Shown in pieces: positions 9,966 to 20,906 of a DNA stretch of 38,929 nt. The notes under the pieces were generated by a model, which was not told the origin of the DNA, searched no databases, and was given only the letters and a program-made list of their open reading frames with translations. The stretch lies in the UHGV virus genome UHGV-0094961; one strand, given 5' to 3'. The DNA is from a virus. A program made the translations under genes and the position numbers. Position 1 is the first letter of the stretch, and the number at the start of each line of letters is the position of its first letter.

Positions 9966-10526
9966 ATGAGAGAATTAGACGCTGTGAACCTGACGCTGGA
10001 AGCCCTGGGGGAGTCCCGCGTTATGGACATCAACACCAGCAACCCAAGCGCTGGGTTAGCTCGCTCTGCGCTTGCGCGCAATCGGCGCGGGCTGCTCAGC
10101 ACAGGGTTCTGGTTTAACGTGGTCGAGCGTGAAGTTGCCCCTACTGCTGACGGCTTTATTAAAGTGCCGTGGAACCAACTGGCCGTGTACGATGCTGGCT
10201 CTGACTCCAAATACGGGGTCCGTGATGGGAACCTGTACGCCCTTATGGAGCAGAACCAGTACTTCGACAGCTCCGTTAAGCTCAAAATAGTCCTGGACTT
10301 GGACTTTGAGGACCTGCCGGAGCATGCGGCTATGTGGGTGGCTAACTACACCACTGCACAGGTGTATCTAAACGACCTGGGCGGCGACAGTAACTACGCT
10401 AATTACGCACAGGAAGCTGAGCGCTACAAGAGCATGGTGCTGCGTGAGCATCTGCGCAACCAGAGATTCAGCACCAGCAAGACCCGCTTTGCTCGTAGAA
10501 TCCGCCGCGCTCGTTTTATGGTTTAA
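9966..10526 (+). CDS. tail tubular protein A (gp11-like)
   Basis: 186 aa ORF at canonical position after capsid module; size matches T7 gp11 (196 aa). Confidence 0.7.
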   Translation: MRELDAVNLTLEALGESRVMDINTSNPSAGLARSALARNRRGLLSTGFWFNVVEREVAPTADGFIKVPWNQLAVYDAGSDSKYGVRDGNLYALMEQNQYFDSSVKLKIVLDLDFEDLPEHAAMWVANYTTAQVYLNDLGGDSNYANYAQEAERYKSMVLREHLRNQRFSTSKTRFARRIRRARFMV

Positions 10527-10535
10527 GGAGAGGTT

Positions 10536-12896
10536 ATGGCGCAATCATTAGAAGGTACTATTCAGAGCTTGCTGCAGGGCGTTTCCCAGCAGGTTCCGAG
10601 AGAGCGCCAACCAGGACAACTGGGGGCGCAGCTGAACATGCTCAGCGACCCGGTTTCCGGTATCCGCCGCAGACCCCCGGGTGAGATTGTCTGGGAAAGC
10701 ACGATTGATAATCCAGGGCTTGATTCCCTGTTCACTGAATACGTAGAGCGTGGAACTGACGGCAGGCACCTGCTGATTAACACCAGCAACGGTAACTGGT
10801 GGTTACTGGCTAAGAATGGAAAGACCATCCTTAACTCCGGAAAAGACCCGTACTTTATTACCACCGTGGGTCAGACCTCTTTGCAGACCGCGAGTATTGC
10901 TGGACTGACTTATATCCTGAATACGGAGATGGCCCCGAACACAACCGTGGACAATACGGGGCGTATTGACCCAGGCACCACTGGGTTCTTCTACGTTAAA
11001 TCTGCAGCATTCCAGAAACGCTGGAACATCACTGTTACATCTGCCGGGGTAGATTACTCCGGGGACTACACCGCCCCAGCTGCTGGCAGTACCAGTGGTA
11101 ACGCTGAGGAGGTATCAGGTGCCTACGTTGCTCAGCAGCTGCGAGACTCTCTTGTAGCGAATGGATTGCCAGCTGGGAACGTTAGCGTACGCGGCGCATA
11201 CTTGTTCTTCTATGGGTTGAGCAACTGTGTGGTATCCTCCGACGCTGGCGATACTTATGCTGGGGTATCCAACCAGTCTCGTGTAGACCAGGAGCAGGAC
11301 CTACCTGCACAGCTCCCAGCGCAAGCTGACGGGGCGATGTGTCGTGTAGGTACAGCCTCGTCTGAGACAGCGTGGTACCAGTTCAGCTACAGCACCCGCA
11401 CCTGGTCTGAGGTGGGAGCGTACGGCAGCATCACCAAGATTACGAACATGCCCCGAGAGCTTGCTGCAGATGACAACATTATTGCGCGGGATTGGGAGGG
11501 GCGTTTAGCTGGTAACGACGACAATAACAGCGACCCCGGATTCGTGGAGAATGGATACATCACCGGCATTGCAGCTTTCCAGGGCCGCTTGGTTCTGCTT
11601 AGTGGTAGCTCCGTGGATATGTCTGCCTCAGGTCTGTACCAGCGCTTCTACCGCTCCACTGTGACGTCTCTGCTGGATACGGACCGTATCAGCATTAGCT
11701 CTGCGTCTGCACAGGATTCTGTGTATCGTACCGCTGTGCAGTTCAACCGGGACTTGGTCCTGTTTGCTAACAGCATGCAGGCGGTTGTGCCGGGTTCAGC
11801 GGTACTCACCCCCACTAACGCAAGTATTAGCATCACCAGCACCTACGAGTGTGATAGCCGTGTGACTCCGGTAATGGCGGGGCAGACGGTAATCTACCCG
11901 AATAAGCGCAACAACAGCTACGCGGGTATACTGGAGCTAATCCCATCACCTTACACCGCGGCACAGTACACTACACAGGATGCCACGGTGCACCTACCCC
12001 GGTATATCCCAGGCAGGGTATTGCAGATGCAAAACTCCAGTGTCACCAATATGGCCTTCTCGCGCATGTCTGGAGAGCGTAATAGCCTGCTGGTCTATGA
12101 GTTTATGTGGGGTGGGAGTGATGGTGCTAAGATGCAAGCGTCGTGGCATAAATGGACGTTCCCATATCCAATCCTGAGCGTGCAGGCGCTGGAGGATGAG
12201 GTGTTCTTGTATATACAAGGGCCCAGTCCCAGCAACAAGCTTTTGATTGTGTCTATGGACCCGCGTGAAGGTTATCAGCTGGGTTCGGAGTACCGCGAAG
12301 CCTACTCGGATTTGCAGAAGCAAGTTCAAGTGCAGGATGGGGTGTTTACTGTTCCGGCGGTACTGCGCCCCGTCGGGTGGGCTGACCGTTACAAGGAAGA
12401 GCTTATCTTAACGTACCTACCCAGCAACCCTATGGGGCCTACTGAGGTTGGCATCAAGGAGATTGCCGGGGAGAACACCCTGCGGGTTGTGCGTGGTGTA
12501 CCTGATGGCGCCTACGTAATTGGGAGACGCTACCGCAGTACGTTCACTCTAACTACGCCTATTCTACGGGACCAGAATGACAAGCTAGTGGGAAGTGGGC
12601 ACGTGCGCCTGCTGCGCCTGGACGTAGCAGTACGTAACTCTGGGCACTTCGGTGTACAGGTACTAGACACCCCACGGGACGTCAACTGGGGTGGGGAACT
12701 AACCGGTATCTTGATGAACTCAAAGGAGCTAACGCTTGGGCAGGCCCTGCGTATGGACTTGGCTACGATTACCGTGCCGTGCCGTACTAACGCAGACACA
12801 ACCGAGGTGACGTTATTTACTGAGGGTTCTATGGAACTGAACGTGCTGGATATCTCGTATACCCTGCGCTACAACCAACGCAGACGGAGAATTTAA
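10536..12896 (+). CDS. tail tubular protein B (gp12-like)
   Basis: 786 aa ORF after tubular A; size matches T7 gp12 (794 aa); RBS AAGGAGAGG. Confidence 0.75.
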   Translation: MAQSLEGTIQSLLQGVSQQVPRERQPGQLGAQLNMLSDPVSGIRRRPPGEIVWESTIDNPGLDSLFTEYVERGTDGRHLLINTSNGNWWLLAKNGKTILNSGKDPYFITTVGQTSLQTASIAGLTYILNTEMAPNTTVDNTGRIDPGTTGFFYVKSAAFQKRWNITVTSAGVDYSGDYTAPAAGSTSGNAEEVSGAYVAQQLRDSLVANGLPAGNVSVRGAYLFFYGLSNCVVSSDAGDTYAGVSNQSRVDQEQDLPAQLPAQADGAMCRVGTASSETAWYQFSYSTRTWSEVGAYGSITKITNMPRELAADDNIIARDWEGRLAGNDDNNSDPGFVENGYITGIAAFQGRLVLLSGSSVDMSASGLYQRFYRSTVTSLLDTDRISISSASAQDSVYRTAVQFNRDLVLFANSMQAVVPGSAVLTPTNASISITSTYECDSRVTPVMAGQTVIYPNKRNNSYAGILELIPSPYTAAQYTTQDATVHLPRYIPGRVLQMQNSSVTNMAFSRMSGERNSLLVYEFMWGGSDGAKMQASWHKWTFPYPILSVQALEDEVFLYIQGPSPSNKLLIVSMDPREGYQLGSEYREAYSDLQKQVQVQDGVFTVPAVLRPVGWADRYKEELILTYLPSNPMGPTEVGIKEIAGENTLRVVRGVPDGAYVIGRRYRSTFTLTTPILRDQNDKLVGSGHVRLLRLDVAVRNSGHFGVQVLDTPRDVNWGGELTGILMNSKELTLGQALRMDLATITVPCRTNADTTEVTLFTEGSMELNVLDISYTLRYNQRRRRI

Positions 12897-12897
12897 T

Positions 12898-13485
12898 ATG
12901 TGGTGGATGGTTGCGGCCGTGGCCGCTAAGGCCGTTCTGGGGCAGAGTGCTCAGATTGAAGTGTCCAAGGCCAGGAACAAGGCTGTGATTCAACAGACAG
13001 CCAAACAGTTAAACGATATAGCGCTGCAGCGTGCACAGTCCAGGGACAGGACTGAGGTATCCCTGTTTAACATCCAGCAGCAGAAACTGCAGGCGCAGAG
13101 CCAAGTAGGACTGCAGGCAGCAGCCTCTGGCACTATGGGGGCCTCTGTTAAAGACGCCGTAGCCACCGTGAACACAGTAGCAGGGCGACAAGAGGCTAGC
13201 GTACGGGACCAGCAGGCAACCCAGGAAGAGGGCTTCCGGCTAATGACGGACAAGGCTGTGGATAGTGGTCTGGCTAACATGGACATGGAGGACCCGTACG
13301 ATAACATGTTTAACTCGTTGCTAAGTGTTGGGGCATCTGCCGTTGGGCAGTACGCCGGTAACGCTGCGTCATCTTCTGACTCTGGCGGCTCATCCCCTGG
13401 TAGCGGTGCGTCGGCTACACAGAACACGGCATCCTCCTATGACTTATGGGGGAGTAAGGGTAACAGCTCAGTTCATACCTGGTAA
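12898..13485 (+). CDS. internal virion protein (gp14-like)
   Basis: 195 aa; hydrophobic N-terminus; position between tail tubular B and large internal core proteins. Confidence 0.55.
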   Translation: MWWMVAAVAAKAVLGQSAQIEVSKARNKAVIQQTAKQLNDIALQRAQSRDRTEVSLFNIQQQKLQAQSQVGLQAAASGTMGASVKDAVATVNTVAGRQEASVRDQQATQEEGFRLMTDKAVDSGLANMDMEDPYDNMFNSLLSVGASAVGQYAGNAASSSDSGGSSPGSGASATQNTASSYDLWGSKGNSSVHTW

Positions 13486-13502
13486 CTTAAGAGGAATATT
13501 AA

Positions 13503-16187
13503 ATGCCTGTGATTCAACCCAATAGACAGGGGCTAAATGTCGGTGGCGTACAATTGCAGGCCAACGATGTTAGCTTGCCGTCAACGGTGAGTGAGGTATC
13601 TGTTGATACCTCCAAAGCAAAACGTCTAGCCGCCCTGTCTGGGTTTGTGCAGGACTTCGGCGTAGGCTTTGACGAGGCAGTAAAAGAGAACGCCGCAGCC
13701 GCCACAGTGCGCGGCGCGATGGATGCTCAGGGTGCGGTGGACGCGATGGCCTCCAAGGACGAGGCTGTACAGAAGCAGAACATCTTCGTACGTGAAGCTT
13801 ACCAGGATGGTTATGTATCCGCCGCAGCGTACGACTCGCTAGCCAAGTGGCGCACAGATAGTATCGCGCGGGCGAAGAAAGCTGCCGAGGCTGGGCTGAC
13901 TGACGAGGAGTTCCAGCAGCAGGAGCAAGAGCACGTCCAATCTATGTCGGACAAGCTCGGTATGTATCTCCCAGAGATGTCCAAGCAGTCTGCTACGGCC
14001 GTGCTGCAACAGCTCCGTGCTACGAGCATGGCGAACTATACAGCCTTCCAGAAAGGGCGCGCGGCGTTTGCCGTGGCTCAGGCTGACCGCGCACTTGACC
14101 GTGGCCTCAGCTCGTCCAGTGATGAGTTCTATCAGCGTCTACAGGCAGGACAGGGTGCCGCCGCGCAGATGTCTATCAAGACCGGCTTAGACAGCATCCT
14201 GGCTGCTGAGCACCTGGACAAGAGCAAGAAGCTGGACCGGGCCAAGCAGTATCTGGTCAGCGTAGCGCAGCAGACCCAGGACCCGCTGGTAATCAACCAG
14301 CTGCAAGGACTGGCTACCAAGGAACTCGGGGTTAACTCAGTGGACGTCAACGCGGCTCTGTATCAGGAGTTCAAGCGCGCTGGTGCTCAGATTGAGACGC
14401 AGGCCCGTTTTGAAATCTCTGACGCAATCTCTTCCTTAGAGGGGCAGACTCCTGAGCAGCAGGAACAGACTATGGCGCGCATTCGTAGTCGTGTCATTGA
14501 GCTGTCGGCATCGGACGTGCTCAGCGCTGGAGCCAGCATGGAGTTCTGGAACAAGGCCCAGACCATTCGTGAGAAGGCAGCGGACACCCAGGCATTGCGC
14601 ACAGCGATTACCGGGAACATGCCAAGCTCCACCCTGGCGGGGATGTACAAGGGGGACCTGGGTAAGGCTCGCAGCGAGCTGCTCAAGAGCTTTCCGGATA
14701 CCCCGGAAGGGAACCTGCAGCTGCTGGCATACGGAAGCAACAGCAAGGATGCGTGGGCCGTCAACGAGGCGCACAAGCGTATGTCTTCGGACATGGCACG
14801 TACACTGACTACGCTGGACCAGCTCGGTGAGGACGGTGAGGTTTCCCGTGAGAACGTCAGCAGCATCAACTTGTGGGCACAGGCTTATAGTACCAGTACG
14901 GACTTAGGTAAGATGGCGCTGCTGTCTGAGGTACCGTCTGAGTGGCAGGGGGTGGTGCAGAAAGCTATCGCACAAAACCCGAGCAATGCCAGCGATACTA
15001 TTTTGGATGACCTGCGCCGCCAGGCACGTAACAAGGCCAGTGGGCGCTACAGCAATATCCAGAGTAACCCAACTGACAAGATGGTGGACCCTAGTGGCAC
15101 CAGCAACTGGTTCAGTTTCTTCGGTGATGCCGACGCTCAGCGCCAGGAAGCGCGCGCTGCTATGGAAGAGGAGTATCGTTATACGTACAGCCGCAATCCG
15201 GAATCTCTGGTAGGTAAGGATGCTGAGGACATCAACACGATGCTCAAAGGCAACATCCAAGCCCGTAAGCTGGAGCTGGAGATTGCAGGCACACCGAGGC
15301 ACGTGTATCTGCCTGCAGGTACCTCTCTGCAGTCTATCATGGGCGACTACAAGGGCGACCAGGAGCAGTTCAAGGCTACTCTGCAACAGCAGATTCAAAA
15401 CCAAGTCCAGGCCATCACCGACCCCAGCAACATGGAACGTGTAGTGGTGCAGGCTGCCACAGCAGGCAACGCGGGTCAGAACATGACCGTAACCGTGTTC
15501 GACAAGAAGGGCACATTCCAGACTATGTCTGTGAACCTCCGTGACGTTCAGGCTACTGCGCAGGCTGCGTACGATTCGGCACTGGCTGGGGATATGAAGA
15601 TTGGCAGCGAGCAAGTGGGCGTACGTCCTGCCACCTTCTACGACCACGACAATGGGCGCGCTGTCAGCGTACAGGTCAACGGTCGTAACGCGGCGGGGCT
15701 GGAACCATCGCTGTTTAGTGACATCCTCGCCACCACTATGAAGTTCGAAGGGTTCCGAGAAGGCAAGGGCAGGGGTAGCGTAGGCTTCGGTCTGCACGTT
15801 AACTCGGGCATGCCTGTCCCTCAGAAAGTAACCATTGACGACGGTATCAGTATCCTTAAATCCTCTATGGAGAGGCAGTACGTTCCGAACGTGCAGAAGC
15901 AACTCAAGGGGCAGGGTTTGAATGCCTCCGATGAGGCGTTAAAGGTTATGGTGGACCTGAACTATCACGGTGGTAACGGTAGCTCTGGTCCTGTAGCAGA
16001 GGCGATGGCACAGGTACGTAAGGCTGCCAAGTCCCCGGTGGGGGCGTATCAGTATCCTGTATCTGAGGCCCAGGGTAGGGCTTGGCAAGCGCTGAGGAAT
16101 ACCCCGGCGTACAAGCAGGCCCAACCTGAGCGTAAGAAGTACCTGGAACAAAACCTACGTGATTGGCTCTTTGAGGCAACACACTAA
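13503..16187 (+). CDS. internal virion/core protein (gp15-like)
   Basis: 894 aa, Ala/Gln-rich, largely helical-looking; canonical position. Confidence 0.6.
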   Translation: MPVIQPNRQGLNVGGVQLQANDVSLPSTVSEVSVDTSKAKRLAALSGFVQDFGVGFDEAVKENAAAATVRGAMDAQGAVDAMASKDEAVQKQNIFVREAYQDGYVSAAAYDSLAKWRTDSIARAKKAAEAGLTDEEFQQQEQEHVQSMSDKLGMYLPEMSKQSATAVLQQLRATSMANYTAFQKGRAAFAVAQADRALDRGLSSSSDEFYQRLQAGQGAAAQMSIKTGLDSILAAEHLDKSKKLDRAKQYLVSVAQQTQDPLVINQLQGLATKELGVNSVDVNAALYQEFKRAGAQIETQARFEISDAISSLEGQTPEQQEQTMARIRSRVIELSASDVLSAGASMEFWNKAQTIREKAADTQALRTAITGNMPSSTLAGMYKGDLGKARSELLKSFPDTPEGNLQLLAYGSNSKDAWAVNEAHKRMSSDMARTLTTLDQLGEDGEVSRENVSSINLWAQAYSTSTDLGKMALLSEVPSEWQGVVQKAIAQNPSNASDTILDDLRRQARNKASGRYSNIQSNPTDKMVDPSGTSNWFSFFGDADAQRQEARAAMEEEYRYTYSRNPESLVGKDAEDINTMLKGNIQARKLELEIAGTPRHVYLPAGTSLQSIMGDYKGDQEQFKATLQQQIQNQVQAITDPSNMERVVVQAATAGNAGQNMTVTVFDKKGTFQTMSVNLRDVQATAQAAYDSALAGDMKIGSEQVGVRPATFYDHDNGRAVSVQVNGRNAAGLEPSLFSDILATTMKFEGFREGKGRGSVGFGLHVNSGMPVPQKVTIDDGISILKSSMERQYVPNVQKQLKGQGLNASDEALKVMVDLNYHGGNGSSGPVAEAMAQVRKAAKSPVGAYQYPVSEAQGRAWQALRNTPAYKQAQPERKKYLEQNLRDWLFEATH

Positions 16188-16190
16188 CTA

Positions 16191-16208
16191 GAGGCCCTCC
16201 GGGGCCTC
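16191..16208 (+). other. perfect GC-rich hairpin (GAGGCCC-TCCG-GGGCCTC) in intergenic gap
   Basis: 7-bp perfect inverted repeat with 4-nt loop between gp15-like stop and gp16-like start; no adjacent T tract. Confidence 0.35.
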
Positions 16209-16237
16209 CCCTTATCAAAATTCTTTTAGGAGATATT

Positions 16238-19200
16238 ATGGCTCAGTTTCTGAACCAAGAACCGAATCCACAGGAAAAGGATTCTGCTAAGGGCGCAACA
16301 CTTAAACCTGCGCCTGAGCGCGTAGATTGGAACGATGCCGGAGACAACGGCTTAAACGCACTGGAGCGTGCCTCCTTACTGGCGCAGGCCAAGACCCCAG
16401 CTACTACAGCCGGGGAGAGCTTTGCGTCTGGTATGGGTAACAGCATCATCGCCGCAGCTATCCGTAAGGCCTCTGCCCCGGCATTTGACCGGGACCAGAA
16501 CTTTAACGCCAAGCAGACTCTGAGCAGCGATACCAGGGCTAAGCTGTATGCTCCGAATCAGGAAGAGATTGAGTACCTGCACGACTCTGTATCGGTCGAG
16601 GATTACAACTACCGCATGCAGCAGATGCTTGAGCAACGCAACCGTGACCGCTTAATGGCTGACAACACGGTAGCCGGGTTCGCGGGTATGTTGGTGGGTG
16701 ATTCTCCGTTCATCCTGGCCCCGATGTCTGCCGCTGGTATTGCTGGCCGCGCAGGCTTAGCTGCACGGACTGCTATCCGCGCTGCTGACGTAGGCTCCGC
16801 ATTCTATGCGCAGGACCAACTGGGCCAGTCTGCTGCGGTAACTGCACTGGTAGCGGGCGTAGCTGGGTTGGACCAGCTCTGGGATATGTCTAGGGCTGCT
16901 AAAGCTGCTGCTAAGGCCCGTACTGGGCGTGAGCCTATGTTCGACCCAGAAGCGCCTACAACTCGTACAGCGAGGGACGCTAATGTTACAGGAGTAGGAG
17001 AGGGAGAGGAAATCCTTACTAAGACACTGGATGAAAGCATCCAAGTATCTAGAAACAATACCGCCTCCGTGAACATGAAAGCACAGCACGTAGTTCAGTT
17101 CTTGAAGAAGTCCGAACACTTAACAGCAGGCCAGAAGGCTATTCTGGACACGCTGGGCGATGCTGTAAATGACATTGATTTTAAACTGGTAGCAGGCTCC
17201 GCAAACCGCAGCCGCTACACTTACGCACAGCAAGATTTAGCTAAGCGTGGAGAGGTGTCTCTACGCGCACCTACGCGAGCTAATGGCAGCACATGGACTA
17301 CAGCAGGGGACGCACTGCGTGCTATGGATGCAGACACAAGCAGGGTAGCCGTGCACGAACTGATTCATGCCGCCACTGCGCGCGCCGTTGACAGTAACCC
17401 AGAGATTGCTAAGCGCCTGGATGAAGTGCGCGCTGTTATTGCAGCGGACTCCACCTTGACGCCGCGTATGCGGTATTACGCTAGTAATGTGCACGAGATG
17501 CTGGCAGGCTTAGGTGACAGCCCTGAGTGGGTTGAGCATCTGGCGCGGACGAAATCCCCAACCGGTAAGAGCATGCTCCGCCAACTGGGCGAGTACATCA
17601 TGAATGCCCTGGGCATCAAGGCCAAAGGTTCTGCCTTGGAAGATGTCTTGGATGCGTACGAGGACGCCGTTAAGTGGACAGCTAAGGATTATGCAGACCA
17701 AGCCCAGAGCTTCCGTAGTGAAGCCTTCCAGGACCTGGCGGGCAGCACTACCCTAAACGAGGCTAAGGGTGCCCAAGCTATGCTGGATGGCGCTAAGAAG
17801 AAGCTCTCTACTATGTTTGCCCTGTACGATAACATCGCTCAAGGCAATGAAGACTTGGCTAAACTGCTAGTGTCGGATGCGTCCGCAGTAGGCGGCCGTC
17901 GCCCGTCTGTAGTGGACTTCAAGCGCAACCTCACTTTGGAGATGGACGCCAGCGCTAGCGTAGTGGAAGACGCTATCCTGGGCGCGTTGAAGGATAAGGG
18001 TGTAGGTTTCTCTGAGCGCTTCTTCCATCGGAGCAAGTTCCGCGCTGAGCGGGCTGCACTGGAAGACCGCCTGAGCAAGTACCTGGATGCTGCCTACAGT
18101 GCTGATGTAAACGGCCGAGCTGTTCCCGTACCGGATGTAGAGATTGCCCCACTGGTTGACGCCTATCGCCGCTCTGGCTGGGCAGGCAAGTGGCACGAGC
18201 ATATGCTCAATGCTGGTCTGGTGGATGATGGTGCGTTGGTTAAATCCGATTACTACTTCCCGCGTCAGTACAGCTACGACAAGATGCGCCAAGGTATTGC
18301 GCAGGGTAACACTCTGGACGACTACCGCGCCCTGTTCAGGTCCGCCCTGCGGGACGTGTACCCGAGCATGGAGTCAGAGGTAGTGCAGCGTGTTGCAAAG
18401 GAGATGGTTGACGGTATCTACAACGGCCGTGCAGGGCAGTCCGGCCCGATGTGGAAGCAGCTGATTAACGGCATGGGTAACGACGAGGTCGTTATGGCTA
18501 TGCGTAGCGCTGGTGTAGATGAATCTGCAATCCAGAGTTTCCTGGCTGGTAACGTACGCGAATCCGGTAGCACGTCCCCTGCGCGGAACCTGCGTCAGCG
18601 TACTCGGTTCAACATGGACAAAGAGTATCTGGTGAACGGTAAGAGCATGCGCATGCAGGACCTGATGGATACTGATGTAGCCAAGGTTATGCACGGGTAC
18701 ACTAACCGTATGTCTGGGCGTGTAGGCATGGCCTATGCAGGCGTACAGGGCCTGGGCCAGCTAGCTAAGATGATTGATGAGTCTAAGCACGCACTGGCGG
18801 ATTCCGCTAAGTGGGAGAAGACAGTCAATGACACCATCGACTTTATCCTGGGTGGGGCGCCTGCTGACGCCGGACAGCTTCCGGATTTGCTGCGTGCAGC
18901 CGGGAACATGGCTAACGCCACCATGCTTAAGAACTCCGGCCTGTATCAGCTGACTGACACTGCCCTGGCTATGAAGGAGTTCGGTATGGCTAGAGTGCTG
19001 CGTAGTATGCGCGACCAGCCTTGGTTCAAGGAAGGTGCCGTAGCTATCAAGACTCCGGATATGGCTACCCGTCTAGACACTGTACTGCGAGGTAATATCC
19101 AGAAGGAGATGCGCTTCCGCTGGTTGAATACGTACGCCGACGATAACCTGGACCTGACCCGTCAGGCCTCTTGGTTCAATGTAACCCAGAACGTTGGGCA

Positions 19201-19936
19201 GGCTGCGCGTCACGTCAACGGTATGAGCATGGTGCACCGGCTGCAGGTTAACCTGAACTCCGGCATTGTGGCGGATGAGCTTACCCAGATGTTCAAGGGT
19301 GATGCTGCGGCGTTTAAGCGTCTGGAGCGTTTCGGGCTTACCCGCGACATTGCTGACCGTGCCGTCGCTGCCAACAAAGCCAACCCGGGCGCCATGTTCC
19401 AGCCGGACCTGCAAATGCAAGTTGAGGTTGTAGGGACGCGTATGATGGACTACCTGGTACAGCAGGTTCGTACTGGAGAGACCTCACACTTTGCACAGTT
19501 CAACCCTATCGGCAAAGTCATTGTAGGGTACCAGAGCTTCGCACTGGCCGCCACTAACAAGATTCTGCGTAGGGAGCTGAACGACGCTGGGTGGATTGGC
19601 GTAGCCCATATTATGGCGTATCAATTCCCGCTGATGCTACTGGCTACTATGGCTAAGCACGGTATGGATGGGGGGGACGTAGACACCCAGAAACTCATCG
19701 GTGAGTCCGTGATGGGTATGAGTGCCATTGGCGGTGTATCCTTACTACAGGATATCTTCCTGGGGGATTCTCCCCGTCACTCATTGGCATCTATGGGTTA
19801 CGTCACAGGACTACTTGGGGCTGTGCAGGACCTGGCTACCGGTAATATGGATATCAAGACCTTCACTAAGCAGGTGCCGTTAATCCAGGAATTCGCACCT
19901 ACGCGAGCTATCATCAATAACTTCGGAGACGATTAA
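16238..19936 (+). CDS. large internal virion/core protein (gp16-like)
   Basis: 1232 aa ORF preceding tail fibre gene, as for T7 gp16; no lytic transglycosylase motif confidently seen by eye. Confidence 0.6.
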   Translation: MAQFLNQEPNPQEKDSAKGATLKPAPERVDWNDAGDNGLNALERASLLAQAKTPATTAGESFASGMGNSIIAAAIRKASAPAFDRDQNFNAKQTLSSDTRAKLYAPNQEEIEYLHDSVSVEDYNYRMQQMLEQRNRDRLMADNTVAGFAGMLVGDSPFILAPMSAAGIAGRAGLAARTAIRAADVGSAFYAQDQLGQSAAVTALVAGVAGLDQLWDMSRAAKAAAKARTGREPMFDPEAPTTRTARDANVTGVGEGEEILTKTLDESIQVSRNNTASVNMKAQHVVQFLKKSEHLTAGQKAILDTLGDAVNDIDFKLVAGSANRSRYTYAQQDLAKRGEVSLRAPTRANGSTWTTAGDALRAMDADTSRVAVHELIHAATARAVDSNPEIAKRLDEVRAVIAADSTLTPRMRYYASNVHEMLAGLGDSPEWVEHLARTKSPTGKSMLRQLGEYIMNALGIKAKGSALEDVLDAYEDAVKWTAKDYADQAQSFRSEAFQDLAGSTTLNEAKGAQAMLDGAKKKLSTMFALYDNIAQGNEDLAKLLVSDASAVGGRRPSVVDFKRNLTLEMDASASVVEDAILGALKDKGVGFSERFFHRSKFRAERAALEDRLSKYLDAAYSADVNGRAVPVPDVEIAPLVDAYRRSGWAGKWHEHMLNAGLVDDGALVKSDYYFPRQYSYDKMRQGIAQGNTLDDYRALFRSALRDVYPSMESEVVQRVAKEMVDGIYNGRAGQSGPMWKQLINGMGNDEVVMAMRSAGVDESAIQSFLAGNVRESGSTSPARNLRQRTRFNMDKEYLVNGKSMRMQDLMDTDVAKVMHGYTNRMSGRVGMAYAGVQGLGQLAKMIDESKHALADSAKWEKTVNDTIDFILGGAPADAGQLPDLLRAAGNMANATMLKNSGLYQLTDTALAMKEFGMARVLRSMRDQPWFKEGAVAIKTPDMATRLDTVLRGNIQKEMRFRWLNTYADDNLDLTRQASWFNVTQNVGQAARHVNGMSMVHRLQVNLNSGIVADELTQMFKGDAAAFKRLERFGLTRDIADRAVAANKANPGAMFQPDLQMQVEVVGTRMMDYLVQQVRTGETSHFAQFNPIGKVIVGYQSFALAATNKILRRELNDAGWIGVAHIMAYQFPLMLLATMAKHGMDGGDVDTQKLIGESVMGMSAIGGVSLLQDIFLGDSPRHSLASMGYVTGLLGAVQDLATGNMDIKTFTKQVPLIQEFAPTRAIINNFGDD
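16981..16999 (+). promoter_or_regulatory. conserved 19-nt motif TAATGTTACAGGAGTAGGA (copy 2), candidate phage-RNAP promoter inside gp16-like gene
   Basis: Identical 19-mer to copy at 4999; embedded in coding sequence. Confidence 0.35.
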
Positions 19937-19937
19937 T

Positions 19938-20894
19938 ATGGCATACAGCTGGCAAGAACAAATCAAGCCAGCTGGTACCCAGGATATCCAGTGCGATATT
20001 GAATATTTGGACAAGTCCTATATTCATGTATACCTAGACGGTGTGGAAACCACTGGGTACACCTGGACCAGCTCTACTAATATCAGGCTCAATTCGGCCT
20101 TAGCGGCAAGCACTACTGTGCTACTAATCCGTAAGACAGAGCGAGAGTATCTGTACATTGAGTTCGCCAGTGGTTCTCCGTTCATTGAGGTAAACGTAGA
20201 CTCCCAAAACACGCAGTTCCTGCACCTTGCGCAGGAACTAGTGGAGGGCCGGGCTATACCCGGATTCTATGGCGCTATCAGCATGAACGGGTACCGGATA
20301 ACCAACTTAGCCAACCCAATCAGTGCCCAAGATGCCGCCACTAAGGCTTATGTAGATGCCGCCGATGCCTTACTAGGACAGCGCATTGACGCAGAGCATT
20401 CGGGGTGGGTATCCGCTGTACAGGCCGAAGCCGTTACACGGAAGGCAGCAGATGACGCGCTGAGTGCCCGTACCTCCGCCTTGGAGAACACCTTTATAAG
20501 CGGTGTAGAGACGGTAAGCTACCCGTGGAGCACGGTCCTGGCCACTGATACGGACGAAGTAACTCCAGGCTTAGCCTTCACTAAGGCTGTAGTAGAGGTT
20601 AACGGGGTTGGGCAGATTCGTGGCTACAGTTTCGATATTGTAGATAATACCATACTGTTTGCAGAGACCTTACCTGCAGGCACTATTGTAGCCGCTCGGC
20701 TGGGGGTTGATGTAACTGCGGGGGACGGTTTTGCTACGCAAGCATCCCTAGATTACTTAGCCGACTCTTTGGGAGATTTGGCGTATCTGGACAAGGCTGC
20801 AGCTGTATCCAACGCAACCGGCACCGGGGATGTAGTGGCTAAATTTAACGCACTGCTGGCAGCGCTACGCACCAGTGGGGTGCTGACTACATGA
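19938..20894 (+). CDS. tail fibre protein with T7 gp17-like N-terminal anchor domain
   Basis: 318 aa; start overlaps upstream stop; N-terminal region has the general character of the T7 tail-fibre N-terminal domain; position before terminase genes. Confidence 0.6.
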   Translation: MAYSWQEQIKPAGTQDIQCDIEYLDKSYIHVYLDGVETTGYTWTSSTNIRLNSALAASTTVLLIRKTEREYLYIEFASGSPFIEVNVDSQNTQFLHLAQELVEGRAIPGFYGAISMNGYRITNLANPISAQDAATKAYVDAADALLGQRIDAEHSGWVSAVQAEAVTRKAADDALSARTSALENTFISGVETVSYPWSTVLATDTDEVTPGLAFTKAVVEVNGVGQIRGYSFDIVDNTILFAETLPAGTIVAARLGVDVTAGDGFATQASLDYLADSLGDLAYLDKAAAVSNATGTGDVVAKFNALLAALRTSGVLTT

Positions 20895-20906
20895 TAGGAG
20901 AAGAGC

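Noticed and set aside
14904-15902. 332-aa antisense ORF inside the gp15-like gene
   Set aside because: Same reasoning; all credible genes in the window are on the + strand and this ORF has no RBS or protein-like composition.
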